DNA of 64,000 nucleotides, taken from contig NC_043004.1 of NCBI RefSeq assembly GCF_006345805.1, positions 79,670,001-79,734,000 of the forward strand. The letters run 5' to 3'. The stretch comes from Octopus sinensis. Lineage: Eukaryota. The notes below the pieces were generated by a model that was not told where the DNA came from, searched no databases, and saw nothing but the letters and a program-made list of their open reading frames with translations. Below, piece after piece: positions 50,501 through 60,714 of this stretch (position 1 is its first letter; every line of letters begins with the position of its first letter). The position numbers were made by a program, and so were the translations under genes.

Positions 50501-53500
50501 TCAATCTTACTGAGTGACTTCTTGGGTAAATGTTATTGTCAGTAGCATCAGTGAGTGAAATTGGGTTGATGGAAACTGCATGGAAGCCTATTGGGTGGGT
50601 TGTACCTGGAATTCAACAGATATATCCTTTGTTGTGCATGTACTATGTCATACATGTTAATTCAAGGGCAGGCAATTCAGTTGAGATCAGACAACTCAAT
50701 CTTTGTTGTTGAACAAGAGATCCCCCACCCCTACACACATTGTGAAAGTTTAGCTCATATTCCTGATGTTATTGTCAAATCATGTTGTGTACAGGCTGGT
50801 TCCAGTATTCAAAAATTAAATAAATTGTCGTGGTGAACAGCAAGAATCACAATGATGACATTGATATTAATTCTTGTTACGTTCCAGCAGATTTGTAAAT
50901 GAATATGTTAAATGGCTGCTATATTTCATCAGTGGAGAACAACTTCTTCAAGACAAATGTGGCTTCATATCATACTCAGATCATTAGTATAAGTAGACTT
51001 GAGGACAAGCAGTGTTTCAACATTGTTGTGTCTTGAGACCAATGAATCTAAAATGAGTTTTCGGCTTTTATTTATAGAATTCAGCAAACAAATTATTTGA
51101 CGATTCTTACTGATGTCTGCCAAACCAATAAGTCAGTCTATAAATGGTGAACAGCAAGAATCAGAACAATAACAGACATGTGGATTCTTTATACATTCCA
51201 GCAGATTTCAACAGGAATATGTAAATTCCTGTTGTGTTTTGTCGTTGGAGAACAACTTTCAGATGAATGCTCGTTAATCACACTTGATTAATTCAAGTCT
51301 GATATGAATATGTAAGTCACTTAAGATGAATTGATCTTCTTGTGTAAATGGAAAAGAAACTATCAATAAATTTGTAGCAAATGAGGGTGCCCCAGCATGG
51401 CCACAGCTCATGAGCTGAAATTAGATCAAATCAAGTGTTAGCTACATTTAAACCACCTTCCTTGGATTTCCAGCTGTAGCCTGCTCACAGACATGTAAAA
51501 GACATGGTTGTTTCCAACCAATTTCCTGTTGAAAGGTTTTAAAATGGTTTCATCCAGCGTTACATAAACTGGTCATTTAGACTTCAGAAATCCACACTGA
51601 ACCTCATCTGAATTGTGTGATGTCTTCCGACCTCCACTTGTTTGTTCATCGTTTAACGTCCGCCTTCCATGCTAGCATGGGTTGGACGATTTTAACTGAG
51701 GGCTGGCGAACCAGATGGCTGCACCCATGTTCTTGGGTAATAAGCTTAATCTGTTTTCTGGCTAAAACATCACCACCTGGATCTAAAGTGACTTTTGAAG
51801 GGTTTACTTTGTTGCAAACATTTGGGCCAAATTATTAATCTGGGAATAACTTGTCTTAGAGGCTGGCCCTCACTGAATCAGGTAAAAAAAATAATAAAAG
51901 TGAATCAATGTCAAGCCTGGTTAATACTTGTGGCAATTTGAGAGACGTAGGTGCTGTAAGCAAAACTCAAGGTAGTGCCCCAGTATGGCTGCAGTCCAAT
52001 GATTGAGACAAGTAAAAGATAAAAGAAATGAAAGTATTTACCTGTTTTTATTGTCAGTCAATTGTTTAATTATTTGGCAGTACACTTCATCTCGAAGGAT
52101 TTCCTGGAATAGAAGGGGTAAAAAAAGAGGGAAAATAATGTAAAAAAGTAAATAGAACAGAACAGATGCCAAGAAAATAAAATCTCAAATATTTCCCTAA
52201 AAGTAAGAGCTACAACATTATAGAAGAAGAAGGCGGTGTCTCACAGTCGTTTTTCCATGCTGGTATCGGTCGGATATGTTGGCTGGATTCAATAGGCCAG
52301 AGAACTGTGTTCAGTTCTACTTTCTGATTTGGCATGGATTTTAAGACTGGACACCCTTCCTAATGCCAACCACCTTTATATAGTGTATGGGGTGGTTTTT
52401 ATGTGTGGCACCAGAACTAATGGCGTCACCTACCAACTCACAAGACAACAAAAAGAACCAACTGAGTGGGTCTTTTCATTAGAGAAAAGAGGTGGTTTCA
52501 TGCAAGGTATTGAGAAGCTAAAATATGATAGAGGGATGGGCAAAGTTGATCTCGATGGGATTTGAACTCAGAATGTAAAGATTTCAAAGAGATACCACAA
52601 GGAATTTCTTATGACGATTTTGCCAATCCACTAATAATATTATTATCAATAATAATGATAATAATAATAGTAATACTCCTTTCAGCTGGAAGCACAAGGT
52701 CTCAGATTTGGAGGAAATGATTAAGTCAATTGCAATGACCTCAGTGCGTAACTGGTACTTATTTAATCGACCTTGAAAGGATGAAAAGCAAAGTCAACCT
52801 CAGAAGAATTTGAACTTAGAACATAGTGGTAGATGAAATACTGCTAAGCATTTCGCCCGACATGCTAATGATTCTGCCAGCTCATTGCCTTAAATAGTAA
52901 CAACAACAATAATAATAATCCTTTCTGCTATAGGCACAAGGCCTGAAATTTTGGGAAGGGGAATAGTCAATTACAGTGATCCCAGTATTTAACTGGTACT
53001 TACTTTTTGAACCCCATAAGGTTGAAAGGCAAAGTCAACCTCAGCTGAATTTGAACTCAGAACGTAAAGACTGGCGAAATGCTGCTAAGCATTTTGCTCA
53101 GCATGCTAATGACTTGGCTAGAGTGTTGCCTTTAATAATAATAATAATAATAATAATAATTCGTTCTACTATAAGCACAAGGCCTGGCATTTTGGGGAAG
53201 GATGCAAGTCAATTACATCCGCCCCAATGTTCCACTGGTACTTAGTTTATCAACCCCGAAAGGATGAAAGACAAAGTTGACCTTGGTGGAATTTGAACTC
53301 AGAACAAAAGGCAGGAAAAAATGTTAAGCATTTTCTCTAGCATTGCTAACGATTTCACCGATTTGGTGCCTCGTTAATGATGATGATGATAATCTTGTTT
53401 ACTATAAGAAGAAGGCAAGAAATTTTGAGGGGAGAAGTTAGGTTATACCAATTCCAGTACTTGTATCTTTTATTGACCCTAGGTGGATGAAAGGCAAAGC

Positions 53501-56500
53501 TGAGTTTGGCAGGACTTGAAATCAGAACATAAAGGGCTGTAACTATATATCACATGCCATTTTGTCTGATGCTCAAGCGATTCTGTCAATCCAAAGTAAT
53601 AATAAGAAAGAAAGAAAGAAAGAAGGAATGTGTTGTACTTACCACTTTCAATGCTATTTTGAAAATTTCATCTGTTAATTCATTCAGAGGTCTACCTTTC
53701 CGACTTGGATGGTCTCCCATGTATTTTAGAATCGGTAAACAACAGTCAAGGAATAAACAGTTTTTTTTTTCTCAAGATATGATATTTATTTCTTATTAAT
53801 GCTGCTAACTTTTTAAAGACTTTTAAATTATCCATCTTATGCCAGCATGGAAGGTGGATGTTGAATGATGTTGTGCAGGTGTGGCTGTGTGGTTGAGAAG
53901 ACTGCTTCCCAACCATGCCATCTTGAGTTCAGTCTCACACTGCAGCAAATTGGGAAAGTGTCTTATGCTACAGCTCTGGGCCAACCGAAGCTTTGTGAAT
54001 GGGTTGTGAGACAGAAACTAAAAAAAGCTTCTTGTCTATACAGGGGGACCCAAAAGTAGGTTTACAGTTATAATGTAGGCACTTTAAATTTCTTTTAAAA
54101 CATTTTATTACATTTAAATTTCTATCTTACAAACTGAAAAGGGAGCTTGACAAAATTAGCTAAATTAGCATATAATAATGGTTTCATATTGCTTGCTGGA
54201 TATCCTTCCAGTTGCATTGGTCAGATGGAATTTGTTGAGGCAGATTTTCTATAGCTGGATACCAGGAACATGCTGCCTAAGTAGACAAGGTACGCAGTGC
54301 CTACCTTGAATAAAATAGATCGATAGTAACATTTTCCTTTTATGGCAAAATATGCACCAAATGCAATAAAATTATGAAGGTTACTCTTGTTACTTTGCAT
54401 AAAATACAAAAATTTGACTTTTTTTGTAGATTAGGTAGGCATAATTCCCCCCTGCCTTTCAATCTCAATATTTAAACTACACATAGGACTGCTGTAGTAC
54501 ATGTGCTGCGTACACTCCTACAACACCGTTTTCTTTACTTGCTATAAAGGCAGAAGTAAACCTGCCTACAACTCAGTCGCACACCTGTGTTTTGCTTATT
54601 TTTTGTGTGTTTTACTGCATAAAGATCACCAACTGTCTACCCTGGGTAATTACTGATGGCACATGCCTGGTTAAAAGGATATATAAGAAACATTCGCAAG
54701 CCTCCTGATTCAAATCTTCTTTACCAGCAATTTTCTTTAGGAGGGCTTGTTTAATTGGTTCTTTTGAGTAGCGCCACAAATCATCTTGTCGTTTTTTCTT
54801 GGCAGTTGAGATGGTTCTTGTCATTGTTCTCTTGGGAGGTGGTCTGAACAATAGAAAAAACCCAAAATTAATTACATTCTGGAATATTAGTGCTTTAATA
54901 TCTCTCAGACTTACAAATCTTCAGTTTAACAACCACTTTTCTATGCTTCCATGAATCAAACAGAATTTTTTAAGGTGAATTTTGTACAGCTGGATGCCCC
55001 TTCCAGTCATGACCCTCACCTCTTTTCAAGCAAGGTAATATTACTCCATGGCTGGACATATTTTCTGGGAAGAACTGGAAATTAGGGACACACCTTATGC
55101 AATGATGACATTCATTTTTAATTAAGGTGTGATGCCAACACAACAACAACAACAACACACACACAAAGGAGTGTCTTTGAGTGTATGTCTACCAGGTCCA
55201 CTAACAAGGATTCAGTCATCCTGAATCTATAGCAGAAGGCATTTGTCCAAGATACCATGAGGTGGAATTGAACCCAAAATGCCAGGGTTTGAGAGCAAAC
55301 TTAACCACATAGCCATACCAGAGTTCATCATCATCATCGTTTAACGTCCGCTTTCCATGGGTTGGACGGTTCAACTGGGGTCTGGGGAGCCCAAAGGCTG
55401 CACCAGGCCAGTCAGATCTGGCAGTGTTTCTACAGCTGGATGTACTTCCTAACGCCAACCACTCCGAGAGTGTAGTGGGTGATTTTATGTGCCACCGACA
55501 CAGGTGCCAGACGAGGCTGGCGAACGGCCATGCTCGGATGGTGATTTTATGTGCCACCGACACAGGTGCCAGACGAGGCTGGCAGACGGCCACGCTCGGA
55601 TGGTGTTTTTATGTGCCACCGACACAGGTGCCAGACGAGGCTGGCAGACGGCCACGCTCGGATGGTGTTTTTATGTGCCACCGACACAGGTGCCAGACGA
55701 GGCTATTTTCACAAATTCAATTTAATTTTATTCACAATAACCCGACAGTCATGTTTGATATTACAAAGAGAATTTTGTCACAAATGTTCCATTTTCATGT
55801 GAAACTTGGAATTAAATACATTTTTACTCCTGTTAAACAAGACATAAGACTAATTTCTGTTAATTGGAATTTGGCATATTGTCCATAGAATTTATTCCAC
55901 AGTTGAGACTGAAAGTGGCTGCAATAATAAGATTACAGACTCCAAACCAAGATTTTAGCTGTTTATAGTTCCTCATTGAGTCGAGGAACTGTGAGTCTAG
56001 GATGAAGGTTATCAGCCCGGAAATGACCCAGTCTGGCTCATAGTAAATGCTCAGGGCAGGAATAGCTTGTGTCTCTATGAGAGGGTAACACAATGAAATT
56101 CAGGATGGTTTTGTTAACATGTGGGCAACAGTTTGAAAAGGTATGACTTCTGGCTGTTTGATTAGTCTTAAAATACATTCTACAACTAATGGTACACCTA
56201 TGAGATGTGTATCAACAGAGACAAGATTTAAGGTTTTAAATGATGCATGATGGACTTAGAAAGTCCATCATGATAATTGCAGTAATATCAACCAATCAAA
56301 GCTTTTGGTAGATGAAGATGATGATGTAGCTAGGAGTAGAATTTGCTTTTAAATCCATTTGATGATGGTAGTGGTCATTAAAAAAAAAAAAAAATTATTA
56401 GTGATCTTTAACGATACAGATGCAGCTCAGTTGGCAAGACTTAGAAGTGCTCTGTGTCTTTGAAAATAGAAAGAATATGGTAATGTTGATTATGAAATTA

Positions 56501-59500
56501 GAAGATTAGAGCTGAAGGAAAGTATTTTAGTAAATAGTAAGACAAACATATGACTAGAAATAGGAGGGAGTGGGAAAGAAAGAAAGAGGGAGAGTTTATA
56601 GAGATATATGAATTGGAAACAGCCCCATGCAGGTATCATCATTACCATTTAACCCTTTTGATACCAACCTGGCTGAAAGCACCTCTGGCTCTCAAGTACA
56701 AATGTCTTGTTTTCAAAAGTTCTCAATTAAAATCTTCCACCAAATCTTAGTCACAATTTATGTTCTTAAAACACTAGCTTAATGATAACTAAGTTAGTTT
56801 ACTAAATTCTTTGTTATATTTAAGATTAATTGAAAGAAGCACTGAGCATCTCAAAATGAATTTGGTAATAAAAGGGTTAACATCTGTTTTCCATGCTGGC
56901 ATGGGTTGGATGGTTTGACAAGATCTAATAAGCTAGAGAACCATGCCAAGCTCCAGTGTCTGCTTTGGTATGGTTTTTACTGCTTATTAACACCAACCAC
57001 ATTATAGAGTGTACTGAGTGTTTTTTAAATGGCACCGGCACCAGTGAGGTCACTGAGTAACTTGTAGAACAGGACCCCTTGACTAAAGTGGGTGGGACAA
57101 AGTGGTATTGAATGGTGTGACTTTGTGTCTGGTGATGAGAGGTTAAAGCATGATAGAAGGACAAGAACAAGTGTCTTACTGTTTGAGGGGATAGGCATTT
57201 TACATTTCTAATACATTAATGCTTACCTGAAGTGATCGTACGAGAAAGTTTCAAGTGTGTGTGGCTTCTCTCTCTGTTCTGATATGGAAGAAGTTTCACT
57301 TGGTGTTGATGTATCCCGGGTGGTATATTCTGCACCACGTGTGAACAAAGTCTGAGGCAAAATAGAAATAAAAACAGCTGATCAGCCGGGAACTATTTGC
57401 AGCCAAACAGATGCAAAACCAAAACTTAATGGGACAAATATAAGAGAAATAACTACAATGTGTTTATCAAAGGAAAATCTCAAAGAGAATTTGAGAAGCC
57501 ACGTAATTAAGAGGTTTTTATGTACAAGAGTTAACAAGCAGGATTGTGAAAAGCCTTCAGTGTATGGAACAAAAGAGATAGAAATTAATTAGTCATTATT
57601 TGACAATGCACATAATCAATATGACATCTCGTTAATATATTCATTATGAAGTATATCAACTATTTATTATATAAATATATTAATTATAAAAAGAATGCAG
57701 CTTGGAGAAAAGACAGAGTGAACGACTTTGGAAAAGGTTTCAAGACGCAAAGAAAACTAGAAAAAAATAAAGAAGTAAATAAGTGGAAACTGAACCAGTG
57801 TGTTAAATAATAAGGCACAAAAACAGAATGACCCACCCCAGACACAACAAAATTAATTATTATTTTCATCTAGTTTCATCTAACGAGCTGTGGCCATGCT
57901 GGGGCACCACCATTTATATTTATATTTTATCTTTTACTTGTTTCAGTCATTGGACTGTGACCATGCTGGGGCACTGCCTTAAAGGATTTTAGTCAAAATC
58001 AACTCCAGGACTTTTTTTTTTCAAGCCTAGTACTTATTCTATTGGTCTCTTTAGCTGAACTGCTAAGTTATGAGGATGTAAACACACCCACACCAGCAAC
58101 GACTTATGCTATTAATATACATTGCACATTTCAAGGCAGAGTGCTGGCAGGATTGTTAGCAACGTGGGTAAAATGCTGAGTGGCCTTTCATTCATCTTTA
58201 TGTTCTGAGTTCAAATTTTGCTGAGGCTGGCTTTGCTTTTCATCCTTTTAGGATTGATGAAATAAGCACAAATTGAACACTGGAGGTCAATGCAATTGAC
58301 TTGGCCCCTCCTCTTAAATTCAAACCAATATACATTGTATATTTACAATGAGCATGTATTTAATGCACACTGCAAACTGGTGGTTCTTGTCTTTGAGATT
58401 GCCATTGTTTGTCTTTTATATATATATATATATAAGATCCAAGTATTGAGGTGTAGGAATAAAGTTAGCTTCAAGCAATCTCTAATAAATATAAAGAACA
58501 ATTTTTAGGGACAATAGTGGTTTATAGAGATGGAAGATTGTGGATTTGTCTCCTATTGAAGTACGATAAATTGAAAAAGGTCCTTTTTATGTTTCACGAT
58601 AAGTGGCCAGGGTTGCCGGGTGTACAAATAAGAATACAAGAGTAAAGGAATGGAGTAGATAAAATCCAGGTTACTTATGTTTCATAGCGAGTGGAACCTC
58701 AGAAGTGGTAAATATCCAAGCGAGGTGTATACCGTGGGATACACTTCAGGCCAAGGATATCTTGATTAAATGAAAGTTTACATTGTTGCAAGGAGGCCTG
58801 GAGAGTAGCCTGTGGATCACACCTCACTTGGATACTTACCACTTTGAAGGTTCCACTCGCTATGAAACATGTAGCTCAGATCTTATCTCCTTAATTTCTT
58901 AACTCTTAGCCCAGATCTTATCTCCTCAATTCCTTAACACAGTTACTTATGAGAATTTCACCTACCAAATTATTTTATTTGCTAAATAAAATTCGAAAAT
59001 AGGTAAAAGTTTTTATTTTTCATTCCCTTCGAAATTGCTCTTAACCCTTTAGTGTTTGCATTATTCTGCCAAAATTAATGCTTTTTCATCCACTTTGTTT
59101 TGAACTAATCAAGCATTATCTTGTAACTATGAGAATTTGATGAGGTAGCTGTTAATTTTTAAAATGATATTGTAGGGTTGGTGTGAGAGACCAGATCTGG
59201 CCAATTTGAACATAAAACAGGCAGAATACTTTTGGCCGGATATGGCCAGTTTAAATGCTAAAGGGTTAAATGTGGTTTTGGTCGTTTTGACTGCTTCTTC
59301 TAGCGTGTAAAACCATCTGTTAAAAGTAGTTTCTCTTGTGTTTAAATGTACACTATTTATATTGAGAATATATATATATATATATACCTGATAGATGTTC
59401 TAAAGTCCATAGTTTTACAATATGTATTATAGGCTTTTTGAATATAATATCAAAAGATTAAAATTCTGTTGTGTCTGGGGAGAGTCATTTTCTTTTTGTG

Positions 59501-60674
59501 CCTTATAATATAACAGACTCACCGGTAAAATTTCCACTTTTTTCTTATTTTTATTTTCCTAAAATTTTCGTTGCGTCTTGCAACCTTTTCAATAGTTTTG
59601 ACTCTGTCCGTTATTTACACTGCGTTCCCTTTTGTTTGTTTCTGCACATGTGTGTGGGTCAGTGTGTGTGTGTGTGTTCCTATACATGCATGAATGTACG
59701 TATGTATGTGTGTGTGTTTTTGCATGTGTATGTATGTATATATGTGTGTGTATGCATATGTATATATGTATGTATGTGTGTGCATCTGTAATCGTTTATT
59801 ATCAATCATTTGAAATGCCATTAGTTTGTGAATGTTTCTTGACAAAATATTTCTGAGAATAAAGAAAAGATGTATACACTGTAAAATGTTCCAGATTTTA
59901 TGAAAGAACAATCAGTTCTACACTTCTACGAGAGCAGTAATATAAAATTAAAGAAATAAATTTTAAATATAGAGCGATTGACTTACAACAATTTCATCTG
60001 ATGGTTTGGTAATTGTAGGAAGAACATAGACACATTCTGCTGGGAAATCTCCAGAACGTTTTGTTCTCTGACACTGACCATATGACCAGCCAGAATTGAG
60101 CACTTGTTCACCAGTTTGTTGGTCCAAATTTATAAGATCTCCTTTTTGGAATGACAGGAAGGAACTACTATCACCTGAAAGAAATTATCCATAAAACATC
60201 AATTTAGAAATGGTGGGTCTAAGAGAGACAACTAGGTGCATGAGTTGCCAAGAGTATTGGCAATGCTAGACTCAAATGCTTTCAATGGGGCCTCACTCAC
60301 TTTGTTGACCTGTGGTTGAGTTTATTGCATTTTGTGGCATGGTAGATACCACACAGTGGATGATGCAGCCGAAGTTTGGAAATGTTTTACATACTTTTTT
60401 ATACTTACCATAAAAAGTTTTATGGCAGAATGTTAACCCATCGGGCGAAATGTCTGTCTTTACGTTCTGAGTTCAAATTCTGCTGAGGTCGATTTTGCCT
60501 TTATAGGCATAGGAACGGCTGTGTAGTAAGTAACTTGCTTATGAACCACATGGTTGTGGGTTCAGTCCCACTGCGTGGCACCTTGGGCAAGTGTCTTCTA
60601 CTATAGCCTCGGGCCGACCAAAGCCTTGTGAGTGGATTTGGTAAACAGAAACTGAGAGAAGCCTGTCGTATATA

Positions 60675-60714
<40 letters not shown>

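Noticed and set aside
54612-54682. ORF read-through [23 protein letters not shown] as a true MYO7A C-terminus
   Set aside because: Similarity stops exactly at the U12 donor and resumes at 53734, so the read-through is intronic.
55424-55888. 154-aa repetitive ORF and a CRISPR-like repeat pattern
   Set aside because: It is a 62-bp tandem repeat inside a SINE. The 'spacers' are near-identical, there are no cas genes, and the context is eukaryotic.
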